Source: Phenylobacterium sp.
Lineage (GTDB): Bacteria > Pseudomonadota > Alphaproteobacteria > Caulobacterales > Caulobacteraceae
DNA length: 38,370 nucleotides
Assembly (NCBI GenBank): GCA_050729355.1
Contig: JBOHKZ010000046.1
Location: 1 to 38,370, forward strand
Direction of reading: 5' to 3'
Positions 1 through 9,474 of the stretch are shown piece after piece. The translations under genes were made by a program, and so were the position numbers. Each line of letters opens with the position of its first letter. Position 1 is the stretch's first letter. The notes under the pieces were generated by a model that saw only the letters and a list, made by a program, of their open reading frames with translations, searched no databases and was not told the origin of the DNA.

Positions 1-40
1 CCCCAGGGAAGGCGGATATAGAGCCCGCCTCGCGCCACGC

Positions 41-115
41 GGTCCCTTCGTCTATCGGTTAGGACGCCAGGTTTTCAACCTGGAGAGAGGGGTTCGACTC
101 CCCTAGGGACTGCCA
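41..115 (+). tRNA. tRNA-Glu (anticodon TTC)
   Basis: Acceptor stem GGTCCCT/AGGGACT, anticodon arm CCAGG-TT-TTC-AA-CCTGG, T-arm AGGGG-TTCGACT-CCCCT, encoded 3' CCA. Confidence 0.96.
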
Positions 116-125
116 CGCGAAAACC

Positions 126-147
126 GCTTCCAGCCAAGCTGGAAAGC
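126..147. terminator. Hairpin downstream of tRNA-Glu (possible terminator or processing stem)
   Basis: TTCCAGC-caa-GCTGGAA stem (128-144); no clear U-tract. Confidence 0.35.
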
Positions 148-273
148 CGCGCTGACGGTTGTCGCGCCCCTTACGCCGTAATTTACCCTATTGACCCGCC
201 GCCGTTCACGAGAACAGTGTTATAGTTGGTCCTAATCCGACGTTCGGGACAGGGGTAACGGGCCGAGGGGCAG

Positions 274-888
274 ATGGCTGGTTACGAGTTCGATCAGGTG
301 GAGGTGCAGGCAGAAGCCGTGCGCATCACCGGCCGCGTCAAATGGTTCGACGCCGGCAAAGGCTATGGATTCATAGTCCCCGACGATCCGACACAGACCG
401 ATCTCAAGGACGTGCTGCTGCATGTGACGAGCCTGCGCAACGCGGGCCGTGAGCATGCGCTGGAAGGCTCGACCGTGGTCTGCGATGTCGTGCGCCGCCC
501 CAAGGGTTGGCAGGTGCATGAGGTTGTCGAGGTGGACGAGAGTTCGGCGCCGCCGCCGGCCGAACGCCGAACCCGCGACGAGGGGGGCTTCCGCCGCAGC
601 ACCGACGGCTTCGGACGCGGCGATGCGTCGGCCCGGCCGGCTACGCGCCGAGCCGCGCTGCCCGCCGGCGGTCCGCTGGAGCGGGCCAAGGTCAAGTGGT
701 TCAATCGCACCAAGGGCTATGGCTTCGTCGTCCGCGATGGCGAGCCCGGCGATATCTTCGTGCATATCGAAACCCTGCGCCGATCGGGTATGGAAGACCT
801 GCAGCCAGGCGAGGACGTCATGGTGCGGTTCGCCGAAGGCCCGAAGGGCCTGGTTGTGGCCGAGATCGAGTCCTCTGGCCTGGGCTGA
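274..888 (+). CDS. cspD: Two-domain cold-shock protein (CspD-like of Caulobacteraceae)
   Basis: Two CSD motifs ([13 protein letters not shown]...[18 protein letters not shown]...DIFVH) joined by a linker; followed by DUF192. The symbol is inferred from architecture and context. Confidence 0.85.
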   Translation: MAGYEFDQVEVQAEAVRITGRVKWFDAGKGYGFIVPDDPTQTDLKDVLLHVTSLRNAGREHALEGSTVVCDVVRRPKGWQVHEVVEVDESSAPPPAERRTRDEGGFRRSTDGFGRGDASARPATRRAALPAGGPLERAKVKWFNRTKGYGFVVRDGEPGDIFVHIETLRRSGMEDLQPGEDVMVRFAEGPKGLVVAEIESSGLG

Positions 889-918
889 GAGCTAAGGCGC
901 CTTAGGAGTTTTGATTTC

Positions 919-1431
919 ATGTCCCAGACGACCCTCTCGCGGGGCCTCCTCGCGTTGAGCCTGGCGCTTGCGTTCGCAGCGCCGGCCGCCGCCCAGCAGA
1001 TCCCGCGCATGGATCCCGCCCACTGCGTCGGCCAGCCGGAGATCAAGCCGCTGCAACCCCTGGAGATCGCCACCTCCAAGGGGACGGCGAAGTTCATGGT
1101 GGAGTTCGCCGACACCGACCGGACACGCGAATATGGCCTCATGTGCCGCAAGGCGCTCTCGCCCGACCGCGGCATGCTCTTCGACTTCAAGGCGCCGCTG
1201 GATGGCGCAGCCTTCTGGATGCGCAATACGCTCATCCCGCTGGACATCATCTACATCAAGCCTGACGGGACGGTGCTGTCGATCGCCCGCAACGTCCCGG
1301 CGCTGGACGAGAGCCCGGTGCCGGCCGGCGGCCGTATCCGCGCGGTGCTGGAACTCGCCTCCGGGCGCGCGGCTCAGCTCGGTATTCTTCCGGGGGACCG
1401 GATCGTGCACCGGATCTTCCCGCGTGGATGA
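919..1431 (+). CDS. DUF192 family exported protein
   Basis: Signal peptide; motifs GLM.R, GMLFDF, FWMRNTLIPLDIIYI, AVLEL; AGGAG RBS upstream. Confidence 0.9.
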   Translation: MSQTTLSRGLLALSLALAFAAPAAAQQIPRMDPAHCVGQPEIKPLQPLEIATSKGTAKFMVEFADTDRTREYGLMCRKALSPDRGMLFDFKAPLDGAAFWMRNTLIPLDIIYIKPDGTVLSIARNVPALDESPVPAGGRIRAVLELASGRAAQLGILPGDRIVHRIFPRG

Positions 1432-1855
1432 CAGCAAGGACGGGTCTCCACCGCCGCCCGAGGGCTACGTCCCCTCGGAGGGACGCGGCGGGTTTTCGAC
1501 CCTCAACGGCCCTTATTTCTACAAGCCGAGCGAGGGGCCGACCTCGCACCAGGCCTTCTTCGCTCTGCCTCGCCACGCCAATGGCCTCGGCCTTGTCCAT
1601 GGCGGCATGCTCTCGGCCTTCCTGGACGGCGTACTGGCCGGCGCAGTGTGGCGAGGAACGGAGCGGGTCGCCGTCACCATCCATCTCTCCATCGACTTCC
1701 TGCATATGGCCCGGGTCGGCGAATGGGTGATGGGCGAGGCACGGATGACGCGGGCCACCAGGGAGGTGGCCTTCGCCGAGGGCCGCGCCTACGTCGGGGG
1801 CCGCGACGTGGTCCGGGCGTCCGGCGTCTTCAAACTCATGACCCGGGATCGCTAG
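1424..1855 (+). CDS. PaaI family thioesterase (hot-dog fold)
   Basis: HANGLGLVHGGMLSAFLD motif; GTG start at 1424 overlaps the DUF192 stop (3' part of ORF 968..1855). Confidence 0.85.
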   Translation: MDDSKDGSPPPPEGYVPSEGRGGFSTLNGPYFYKPSEGPTSHQAFFALPRHANGLGLVHGGMLSAFLDGVLAGAVWRGTERVAVTIHLSIDFLHMARVGEWVMGEARMTRATREVAFAEGRAYVGGRDVVRASGVFKLMTRDR

Positions 1856-1873
1856 CCGAGCTGCTGCTTCCGT

Positions 1874-1900
1874 TTGCGGAAGCTGGAAAACGCCTATATC
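1874..1900 (+). promoter_or_regulatory. Putative housekeeping-sigma promoter for tRNA-Pro
   Basis: TTGCGG ... GCCTATATC about 20 nt upstream of the tRNA; resembles alphaproteobacterial -35/-10 but spacing is slightly short. Confidence 0.4.
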
Positions 1901-1919
1901 GCAAGCCCGCCGACGTTTT

Positions 1920-1999
<80 letters not shown>

Positions 2000-2020
2000 C
2001 AGCCGATTTTGGGGACTATC

Positions 2021-2329
2021 ATGCTCGCGCGCATCTTCCGCCCGTCCAAGAACGCAATGCAGTCCGGCAAGGGCAACACCCGCGAATGGGTGCTGGAGTT
2101 CGAACCGAAGGGCCCCGTGAGATCGGATCCGCTGATGGGCTGGACCGTGACGTCGGACACCGAGTCCAGCCAGGTGCGCCTGGAGTTCGACACCAAGGAA
2201 GACGCCGTGCGCTACGCCGTGCAGCACGACATCGCCTTCCAGCTGGTCGATCCCAAGCCGGCGAAACGGATCATCAAGGCCTATGCCGACAACTTCGCCT
2301 TTGGCCGTAAGGTGCCCTGGACGCACTAG
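2021..2329 (+). CDS. ETC complex I subunit (NDUFS4-like)
   Basis: ARIFRPSKNAMQSG...W.LEF...DPLMGW...QVRLEF.TKEDAV.YA...YADNF signature. Confidence 0.92.
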   Translation: MLARIFRPSKNAMQSGKGNTREWVLEFEPKGPVRSDPLMGWTVTSDTESSQVRLEFDTKEDAVRYAVQHDIAFQLVDPKPAKRIIKAYADNFAFGRKVPWTH

Positions 2330-2341
2330 CTTCCCGAGCTG

Positions 2342-2418
2342 GCGCCCATAGCTCAACCGGATAGAGCACTCGCCTTCTAAGCGAGCGGTTGCAGGTTCGA
2401 GTCCTGCTGGGCGCGCCA
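2342..2418 (+). tRNA. tRNA-Arg (anticodon TCT)
   Basis: GCGCCCA/TGGGCGC acceptor stem, CTCGC-CT-TCT-AA-GCGAG anticodon arm, GGTTCGAGTCC, GCCA end. Confidence 0.97.
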
Positions 2419-2421
2419 GGG

Positions 2422-3273
2422 TCAGACGAAGGGCGAGCGGTTCTCGTCCAGCGTGATCGTCCAGTCGGCGCGGCTGGGCATCTCCGACAGGATCCAGCGG
2501 GTCAGGCGCTCATAGTGGGCGACGAAACGCACGACCTCCTCGTCAGACATCCCCGAGCCGGTGCGTTCCCGCAGCTTGCGCTCCTGTTCGGTGCGCCAGC
2601 CCCTCACCACCTCGAAACTCGGGGCCTCCAGCAGGATCAGGTCGTTCAGGCGCGCGAACAGCGCCTGATAGGGCCCGTCGAGCTGTTCGTTGACGTAGCC
2701 GCGCCAGACGCCCTTGGGGTCCTCCTCGCGCTCCAGGTCGTTCACCGGGATGCTAAGGGCCGCTGCGCCCTGCGCCAGCGCCCCCAGGCACCAACCCTCG
2801 ATCAGGACGATGTCGACGGGCGAGGCGACCGTCTCCCAGCTCCCACGCGGCGCGCGATTGTCGGCTCCCTTGTCGAACCGCGGCAGGTTCACCTTGCCCT
2901 TCAGGCGCAGCTGTTCGAGCACCGCGCCTGCGAGCTGCACGTCATGCGTTCCGGGCGGGCCGCGGGTCGCCAGTAGGGGGTGCACCTCGCGGGCCAACCG
3001 CTGGCGCGCGTCACGGGTCAGGTAGAAGTCGTCGAGCGACAGGGCGACCGTCGAGTAGCCACGCGCTTCGAGCAGCCGCTTCGTGGCGCCCACGATGGTG
3101 CTCTTGCCGGAGCCCTGGGGGCCGCAGAGGCCGATGATCGCCGTCCGCCGCTTCACCTGGCGCATGCGTATCGAGCGCGCCGCCAGAGGCTCGCACACCA
3201 CCTCGACGGTCCGGCGGAAGCTTTCCGGGAGGCCTTCGGAGGCCATGAAGTCGTCGAGCGAGGTGTCGATGAT
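2422..3273 (-). CDS. P-loop kinase, D-glycerate 3-kinase (GLYK)-like; start uncertain (3246-3354)
   Basis: GLCGPQGSGKST Walker A, LSLDDFYLT, TRGPPGTHD, PRFDKG.D.R, IEGWCLG motifs. Confidence 0.8.
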   Translation of the reverse strand: MIDTSLDDFMASEGLPESFRRTVEVVCEPLAARSIRMRQVKRRTAIIGLCGPQGSGKSTIVGATKRLLEARGYSTVALSLDDFYLTRDARQRLAREVHPLLATRGPPGTHDVQLAGAVLEQLRLKGKVNLPRFDKGADNRAPRGSWETVASPVDIVLIEGWCLGALAQGAAALSIPVNDLEREEDPKGVWRGYVNEQLDGPYQALFARLNDLILLEAPSFEVVRGWRTEQERKLRERTGSGMSDEEVVRFVAHYERLTRWILSEMPSRADWTITLDENRSPFV

Positions 3274-3316
3274 GAGAGCTCCGGTCAGGCCGTCGGCCGT
3301 GGACGCGTCCTGTACC

Positions 3317-4480
3317 TCATCCGCGGCGCTTGGCGTAGACCGCCAGCGCGCCATTCAGGTCGGCGATCAGGTCGTCGGCGTTCTCCAAGCCGATATGCAG
3401 GCGGATCAGGGGGCCGGCGTATTCGCGCTTGATCTTGCGGGTCGAAAGCTGCGGATCGCAGGAGACAGCGAGGCTCTCGAAGCCGCCCCATGAGAAGCCG
3501 AGGCCGAAAAGCTTCAACTCATCGAGGAAGGCGTGGACGGCCGCCTCCGGGCCCGGCTGCAGGGCGAAAGCGAAGAGCCCGCAGGCGCCGCGGTAGTCAC
3601 GCGCCCACAGCGCATGGTCGGGACAGCCGGGCAGGGCGGGGTGATAGAGGGCGGCGACCTGCGGCTGGTCGCGCAGCCATGCGGCGATCCTGAGCCCGCT
3701 TTCGCCGTGCTTGGCCAGGCGGGTCGGCAGGGTCCTGAGCCCCCGCAGCATCTGGTAGGCGTCCTCGCCGGTCACCGCCCAGCCCAGGTGCAGCACCCCA
3801 CTCTCCAGCGCATGGACCAGCTTGGGGTCGCGCGCTGCGGCCGATCCCATGAACACGTCGGAGTGGCCGCCGACATATTTGGTGAGCGCCTGCACGGAGA
3901 TGTCCACGCCATGTTCCAGCGGCTTGAAGAGATAGCCCGCGCCCCAGGTGTTGTCGGCGACTGTCAGGATTCCGCGAGCCTTCGCCGCGGTGGCCACGGC
4001 CGCCATGTCCTGCATCTCGAAGGTCAGGGAGCCGGGTGATTCCATCAGGATCAGGCGGGTGGCCTCGCCGGCCATGGCCATCAGATCGTCGGCGGTGGCC
4101 TGCGGATCGAAATAGCGCACGCCGATCCCGAACCGCCTCAGGACATGGTCGCAGAACCGTCGGCTGGGTTTGTAGATGGCGTCGGTGACCAGCACCTCGT
4201 CGCCGGCCTTCAGCACGGCCAGCAGGGCGCCGGTCAGCGCCGCGAGGCCTGACGGATAGAGGGTGACGGACTTGGCGACCTCCATCTGGGCCAGCGCGTC
4301 CTGCAGGGCGGCCTGTGCGGCCAAGCCCTGGCGGCCATAGGTGAGGTAGCTGTCATCGTCATAGAGGCTGGCGGCATTGGGCAGCAGCACCGTCGACCCC
4401 TTCTGGATCGGCGGTCCCACCGTCTTGGCCAGGGTCTTCGGCGAGGCGCCGGCGCGGATCAGGCGGGTCTCATCATCCAT
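3317..4480 (-). CDS. metC: Cystathionine beta-lyase
   Basis: PPIQKGSTVL, YGRQG, ESPGSLTFEMQD, DNTW, PLP-lysine motif ALTKYVGGHSD, GFSWGGFESL. Confidence 0.93.
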   Translation of the reverse strand: MDDETRLIRAGASPKTLAKTVGPPIQKGSTVLLPNAASLYDDDSYLTYGRQGLAAQAALQDALAQMEVAKSVTLYPSGLAALTGALLAVLKAGDEVLVTDAIYKPSRRFCDHVLRRFGIGVRYFDPQATADDLMAMAGEATRLILMESPGSLTFEMQDMAAVATAAKARGILTVADNTWGAGYLFKPLEHGVDISVQALTKYVGGHSDVFMGSAAARDPKLVHALESGVLHLGWAVTGEDAYQMLRGLRTLPTRLAKHGESGLRIAAWLRDQPQVAALYHPALPGCPDHALWARDYRGACGLFAFALQPGPEAAVHAFLDELKLFGLGFSWGGFESLAVSCDPQLSTRKIKREYAGPLIRLHIGLENADDLIADLNGALAVYAKRRG

Positions 4481-4571
4481 ACGGGTTGCGGGCGCCTGCA
4501 CTGCCGGGCGAGAGTGCCCGGGTGCACTTAGAGCGCTTGGGTCTCCCCGTTTCAAGGATCAGAGGAAAGCG

Positions 4572-5666
4572 ATGAAGCGCCTCGTGGCGGCGGCGATCTT
4601 GGTCCTGAGCTTGGGCGCCTGCGATGGACCGTCGAAGCCGCCGCCAGTGGCCCCGACGCCGGACAAGGCTGCGCCGGCAGTCGCGGCAGCCTACAAGGCG
4701 ACGCCCAGCCCGACGCTGGAGGCGGTGCGCAAGCGAGGGTACCTGACCTGCGGCGTGCACCCCGGCCTGCCGGGCTTCGCATTTCCGGACGTGCACGGCG
4801 TCTGGCGCGGGTTCGATGTGGATATCTGCCGCGCCGTGGCCGCCGCGGTGCTGGGCGATGCGCAAAAGGTGCGCTTCACGCCGATCACCGCCCAGGACCG
4901 CTTCAGCGCCCTGCAGAAGGGTCGCATCGACATCCTGTCGCGCAACACCTCCTGGACGCTCGCCCGCGACGCCGGGCTGGGCCTCGACTTCGCGGCCATC
5001 ACCTATTTTGACGGCCAGGGTTTCCTGGCGCCCAAGTCACTTGGTCTGGCCAGCGCCGAGGAGCTTTCCGGCGCCCGCATCTGCGTCCAGGCCGGCACGG
5101 CCAGCCAGGACAATCTCTCCGACTATTTCCAGGCCCGCGGGATCACCTACAAGCCGGTCGTCGCGGCGTCGGAAGCGGAGGCGAGGCGGCTCTACGAGAA
5201 CGACGGCTGCGATGTCTTCACGGCGGATATCTCGGCGCTCGCCGGCTCCCGTTCGGTGCTCAACAACCCAGGCGCGCACGTGATCCTGCCCGACGTGATC
5301 TCCAAGGAGCCGCTCGGGCCGGTCGTCAGGCAGAACGATCCGGCCTGGACCGACATCGTGCGCTGGACGATCAACGCCACGATCCTCGGCGAAGAACTCG
5401 GCCTGACGTCCAAGACGGTCGAGCAGGCGCGCGAGACCGCCTCCGATCCGCAGACCCGGCGGCTGCTTGGCGTGGAGGGCGATTACGGCGCGATGCTGGG
5501 CCTGAAGCCGGACTGGGCTTTCCAGGTGATCCGGCAGGTCGGGGCCTATCACGAGATCTTCCGCCGCGACGTCGGCGCTGATTCCGCCCTGAAGCTCGAC
5601 CGCGGCCTGAATGCGCTTTGGTCCGCACCGAAGCCCGGCCTGCTCTACGCCCCGCCGCTGCGCTAG
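4572..5666 (+). CDS. aapJ: Amino-acid ABC transporter substrate-binding lipoprotein (AapJ/BztA family)
   Basis: Lipobox LSLGAC; GFDVDICRAVAAAV, RFSALQ.G.IDILSRNTSWT, ISKEPLGPVVRQ, RGLNALW, GLLYAPPLR. Confidence 0.88.
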   Translation: MKRLVAAAILVLSLGACDGPSKPPPVAPTPDKAAPAVAAAYKATPSPTLEAVRKRGYLTCGVHPGLPGFAFPDVHGVWRGFDVDICRAVAAAVLGDAQKVRFTPITAQDRFSALQKGRIDILSRNTSWTLARDAGLGLDFAAITYFDGQGFLAPKSLGLASAEELSGARICVQAGTASQDNLSDYFQARGITYKPVVAASEAEARRLYENDGCDVFTADISALAGSRSVLNNPGAHVILPDVISKEPLGPVVRQNDPAWTDIVRWTINATILGEELGLTSKTVEQARETASDPQTRRLLGVEGDYGAMLGLKPDWAFQVIRQVGAYHEIFRRDVGADSALKLDRGLNALWSAPKPGLLYAPPLR

Positions 5667-6166
5667 AGGGCGAGCTGCATCGCGCAGCGGTTGGCGACGT
5701 CGAGGCCGATCTCAACCTCCTTCTCGCGCACCAGGGTCAGGAACGGCCCGAGCGCGTCTTCAGACAGCTCGACAAAGCCGCAGCGCGCGTAGAACGGCGC
5801 GTTCCAGGGGATGTCGCGGAACGTGGTCAGCGTCACCGCCGGCAGTCCGCGCATCCTAGCCTCGTCAACGACCGCAGCGATCAGGGCGCGGCCGGCCCCC
5901 TTGCCCTGGGCGTCTAGACGCACCGCCAACTCCCAAAGGTGCAATTCGTCTTCGAACGCCTCGCAGGTCGCAAAGCCGATCAACGCCCCGGCGTCCTCGG
6001 CGACCAAGACCAGCCCCTGCACGGCGAACGGCCGATGATCCTCCGCCGACATCGCGCCGCCGTCGGCGACGTCGTCCTGGCTCGATCCGCGGAAGGCCTC
6101 ACCCGCCGAGCGTTCGATGGCGGGAAGCTGATCGAGCTCTTCGAGGCGGGCTTTGCGGATCTCTAT
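5663..6166 (-). CDS. GNAT family N-acetyltransferase (start probably upstream of the ATG at 6052; see findings)
   Basis: LWELAVRLDAQGKGAGRAL acetyl-CoA motif, TLTTFRDIPWNAPFYARCGF; the frame stays open upstream (IEIRKARLEELDQLPAIERSAGEAF) to the TGA at 6172-6170. Confidence 0.85.
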   Translation of the reverse strand: MEIRKARLEELDQLPAIERSAGEAFRGSSQDDVADGGAMSAEDHRPFAVQGLVLVAEDAGALIGFATCEAFEDELHLWELAVRLDAQGKGAGRALIAAVVDEARMRGLPAVTLTTFRDIPWNAPFYARCGFVELSEDALGPFLTLVREKEVEIGLDVANRCAMQLAL

Positions 6167-6169
6167 GGG

Positions 6170-7012
6170 TCAGGCTCCAGTGACGACCGGGGTGTCGGTC
6201 AGGCCGCCCCATTCCGTCCACGAGCCATCGTAGACCGCGACGTCCTCGCGGCCCAGCCGGGCCAGCGCCAGGGCGAGCACCGAGGCGGTGATCCCCGAGC
6301 CGCAGGTGGTGACGATGGGGCGGGACAGGTCGACGCTCGCCGCCTCGAACGCGCTGCGGATCGCGGGAAGGGGCTTCATGCGCCCGTCTGGCTCCAGGAG
6401 GCCGTCGAATGGCAGGTTCAGGGCGCCCGGCATGTGGCCTGCGCGAAGGCCGGCGCGGGGCTCAGGAACCTCCGCCCGGAAGCGTGGGCCGCTGCGAGCG
6501 TCGACGATCTGGGCGGCGCCGGATCCGACGATGTCGCGGACATCCTGCAGGCTACGCACCAGCTCCGTGTGGAAGGCGGCCGTTACGGGCGTGGGCGTGG
6601 GCGTCACCTCGCCGGATTCTACGGCGCGACCTTCGCCGCGCCAGGCCCTGAGGCCGCCGTCCAGGACGAAGACGTTGGAAAAGCCCATCACCTTCAGGGT
6701 CCACCAGACCCGCGCGGCGGCGCGCACGCCGAAGGTGTCGTAGGCGACGATCGTGGCCTCGCGGCTGAGGCCCAGGCGTCCGGCGGCCTGCGCAAACGCC
6801 TCCGACGTCGGCAGCATGTGGGGCAGGTCGACGCTGCGGTCGGCGATCGTGTCTATGTCGAAGAAGACGGCGCCGGGGATATGGGCCTCGAGATACTCCG
6901 CGTGCGGATGGCGGTTCTCGGCCGGCATCCACCAGCTCCCATCGAGGATGCGGACGTCGTCGCGGCCTAGACGTTCGGCCAGCCAGGCGGTGGAAACCAG
7001 GGGGTCGCTCAT
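6170..7012 (-). CDS. sseA: 3-mercaptopyruvate sulfurtransferase (tandem rhodanese)
   Basis: LVSTAWL, HIPGAVFFD, LPHMLP, active-site CGSGITA, YDGSWTEWG; ATGA overlap with the cysK stop. Confidence 0.93.
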   Translation of the reverse strand: MSDPLVSTAWLAERLGRDDVRILDGSWWMPAENRHPHAEYLEAHIPGAVFFDIDTIADRSVDLPHMLPTSEAFAQAAGRLGLSREATIVAYDTFGVRAAARVWWTLKVMGFSNVFVLDGGLRAWRGEGRAVESGEVTPTPTPVTAAFHTELVRSLQDVRDIVGSGAAQIVDARSGPRFRAEVPEPRAGLRAGHMPGALNLPFDGLLEPDGRMKPLPAIRSAFEAASVDLSRPIVTTCGSGITASVLALALARLGREDVAVYDGSWTEWGGLTDTPVVTGA

Positions 7013-8010
7013 GCCATCCAAGGCGGGACGGGCAGCCCGCGCTCCTTCAGGAATTCAGGGTTGTAGATCTTCGACTGGTAGCGCTGGCCGTGGTCGCAGA
7101 GCATCGTGACGATGGTCTTGCCGGGACCCAGGTCCCTGGCCATGCGGATTGCGCCGGCGACATTGACCCCCGTCGAGCCGCCCATCACCAGGCCGTCGTG
7201 CTCGACGAGATCGTAGATCGTCAGCAGCGTCTCCTCATCGGAGATCCGATAGGCGTGATCGATCTTCAGGCCCTCGAGGTTGGCGGTGACCCGGCCTTGG
7301 CCGATGCCTTCTGTGATTGAGGTCCCTTCCGAGGCCAGCTCGCCGCCGGTGCTCCAGGAAAGGATTGCGGAGCCGGGTGGGTCCGCAAGGCCGATGGCGA
7401 TGCACGGATTGTGCGTTCGTAGCGCCTGGGCGACCCCGGCGAGCGTGCCGCCCGATCCCACCGCACTCATGAAGCCGTCGATCCTGCCGCCGGTCTGGGC
7501 CCAGATCTCAGGCCCGGTGGTGGCCACGTGGGCTTCGCGGTTGGCGACATTGTCGAACTGGTTGGCCCAGACGGCGCCGGCCGGTTCCTTCGCATCAAGT
7601 TCCTGCGCCAATCGGCCGGAATATTTCACGTAATTCATCTCATTGGAGTAGGGGACCGCATCCACCTCGACCAATTCGGCGCCGTAGAGCCGGATGGCGT
7701 CCTTCTTCTCCTGGCTCTGGGAGCGAGGGATGACGATGGTGCAGGTGTAGCCCTTGGCCTTGGCGACCATGGCCAGGCCGATGCCGGTGTTGCCGGCCGT
7801 GCCCTCCACGATGCGGCCGCCGGGCCGCAACAGCCCCTTGGCCTCGGCGTCGCGGACCATGAAGAGCGCCGCGCGGTCCTTCACGGACTGGCCGGGGTTC
7901 ATGAATTCGGCCTTGCCGAGGATTTCGCAGCCTGTGAGCTCGCTGGCGCGGCTGAGGCGGATGAGCGGCGTGTTGCCGATGGCGTCCAGGACGGTTCTGG
8001 CGATGGTCAT
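7009..8010 (-). CDS. cysK: Cysteine synthase A family
   Basis: [44 protein letters not shown]. Confidence 0.92.
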   Translation of the reverse strand: MTIARTVLDAIGNTPLIRLSRASELTGCEILGKAEFMNPGQSVKDRAALFMVRDAEAKGLLRPGGRIVEGTAGNTGIGLAMVAKAKGYTCTIVIPRSQSQEKKDAIRLYGAELVEVDAVPYSNEMNYVKYSGRLAQELDAKEPAGAVWANQFDNVANREAHVATTGPEIWAQTGGRIDGFMSAVGSGGTLAGVAQALRTHNPCIAIGLADPPGSAILSWSTGGELASEGTSITEGIGQGRVTANLEGLKIDHAYRISDEETLLTIYDLVEHDGLVMGGSTGVNVAGAIRMARDLGPGKTIVTMLCDHGQRYQSKIYNPEFLKERGLPVPPWMA

Positions 8011-8049
8011 GGCCGCTACTTAAGCGACGCTTCGGCCCGGCGACAGGGG

Positions 8050-9306
8050 TCAGGCCTTCGAGAGGCTCAGTTGCACGACGTTGGTGCGCTCCGTGCGGAA
8101 ACCGGCTTCGCAATAGCTCAGGTAGAATTTCCACAGCTTGCGGAATCGCTCGTCGAAGCCCAGCGGCCGGATCTCGTTCCAGGCCGCATCAAAGCTTCGG
8201 TGCCATACCGCCAAGGTGTCGGCGTAATCCTGTCCAAAGCGGGCGATGCCGGTCCAGGCCAGGCCCGCCTTGGCGGTCACCGCCTTCAGGCGTGCTTCGG
8301 AGGGCAGCATGCCGCCCGGGAAGATGTATTTCTGGATGAAATCCGCGCGGATCCGGTAGTTGGCGAAATCCTCGTCGCGGATCGTGATGATCTGCAGGCC
8401 TGCCCGGCCGCCGGGCGTCAGGGTTTCGTTGATCTTGCCGAAATAGGCCGGCCAGTAGCGTTCCCCCACCGCCTCGAACATCTCGATGGAGGCGACGCGG
8501 TCGAACTGGCCTTCCACGTCCCGGTAATCGACGAAGCGGATGTCGGCCCGCTCATTCAGCCCTTCACGGAACATCCGCTCCTTGGCGAACTTGAACTGCT
8601 CCTCGGAAATCGTGATTCCGGTGACTTTCGCGCCCACCTCGCGGGCCGCGAACTCGGCGAACCCGCCCCAGCCGCAGCCGATCTCGAGGACAGTCTGGCC
8701 GGACTTGAGACCCATCCCTTCCGCCAGTTTGCGGTATTTGGCGGTCTGCGCCTGGTCCAGCGGCTGGCCGGGGCGATCGAAGCGCGCCGACGAATAGGTC
8801 ATCGTCCGGTCGAGCCACCGCGCATAGAACGCATTGCCCAGGTCGTAGTGGGCGTGGATGTTCTTGCGGGCGCCCAGGCGGGTGTTTCCCCGCAGCGCAT
8901 GCCGGATCCGATTGAAGGTCCAGGCGAGTGGATTGCCCATCGTCACACGGCGCAGCTTGCCCCAGTTGGCCGCGAACACGCCCAGCAGGGTCGACAGGTC
9001 CGGCGTATCCCATTCGCCGGCCATGTAGCCCTCGGCGAACCCGATATCGCCGGTGGCCAGGACGCGGCGCATGAACCGGAAGTCGTGGACGATCAGCCGC
9101 GCGTGCGGTCCCGCCTCCCGGCCGCTGATGATGAGTTCCCGCCCGGACGGCAGCACGAAGGCCACCGATCCCAGCGTCCAGTTCATGGCGATGATGCGGA
9201 GCGCTACGCGGAAGGTGGTGGGCGCGTCGGCGAGTTCCGGCAGACGACGGAACACCCGCCAATCGTGGGCGACTTCCGCCAGCGGCGTTCCCTGGGCCAA
9301 GCTCAT
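8050..9306 (-). CDS. cfa: Cyclopropane-fatty-acyl-phospholipid synthase family SAM methyltransferase
   Basis: [58 protein letters not shown] before ATG 9306. Confidence 0.92.
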   Translation of the reverse strand: MSLAQGTPLAEVAHDWRVFRRLPELADAPTTFRVALRIIAMNWTLGSVAFVLPSGRELIISGREAGPHARLIVHDFRFMRRVLATGDIGFAEGYMAGEWDTPDLSTLLGVFAANWGKLRRVTMGNPLAWTFNRIRHALRGNTRLGARKNIHAHYDLGNAFYARWLDRTMTYSSARFDRPGQPLDQAQTAKYRKLAEGMGLKSGQTVLEIGCGWGGFAEFAAREVGAKVTGITISEEQFKFAKERMFREGLNERADIRFVDYRDVEGQFDRVASIEMFEAVGERYWPAYFGKINETLTPGGRAGLQIITIRDEDFANYRIRADFIQKYIFPGGMLPSEARLKAVTAKAGLAWTGIARFGQDYADTLAVWHRSFDAAWNEIRPLGFDERFRKLWKFYLSYCEAGFRTERTNVVQLSLSKA

Positions 9307-9474
9307 GCTCAACTCCGGTTTCCCAGCCGCGGAGCTTATCACCGATCATCGGGATCGCGAGAGGCTGGCAACGTTAGATACTTAGGTACGCCTCGGCTGG
9401 ACGCCACATTGCCGCTTGTGACGCCGGCCAAGCCGCGCCACTTAGCCGTCACAGGAACCTCGGACAAAGAGCCC

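Noticed and set aside
148..167. Possible SpdR/RegA box upstream of the cspD-like gene (GCTGACGGTTGTCGCG)
   Set aside because: Only the right half-site (GTCGC) fits; the left half and spacing do not match GCGRC-N5-GYCGC.
191..226. TTGACC...TATAGT as a sigma70 promoter; GTTC-acga-GAAC as an SOS box
   Set aside because: The spacer is 24 nt, too long; the palindrome is not the alphaproteobacterial GTTC-N7-GTTC direct repeat.
9307..9410. SigE-type (singlet oxygen) promoter for cfa
   Set aside because: GCGTA is present on the minus strand but there is no TGATCC at the required distance.
9417..9453. Inverted repeat TGTGACG-N23-CGTCACA upstream of kdsA (CRP/FNR-like half-sites)
   Set aside because: Spacing is far from the N6 of CRP-family sites; a 7-bp repeat alone is weak evidence.
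7528..9474. 934-aa ORF suggesting a long N-terminal extension of KdsA
   Set aside because: The extension is the antisense shadow of cysK and cfa; KdsA similarity begins at GTG 9475.
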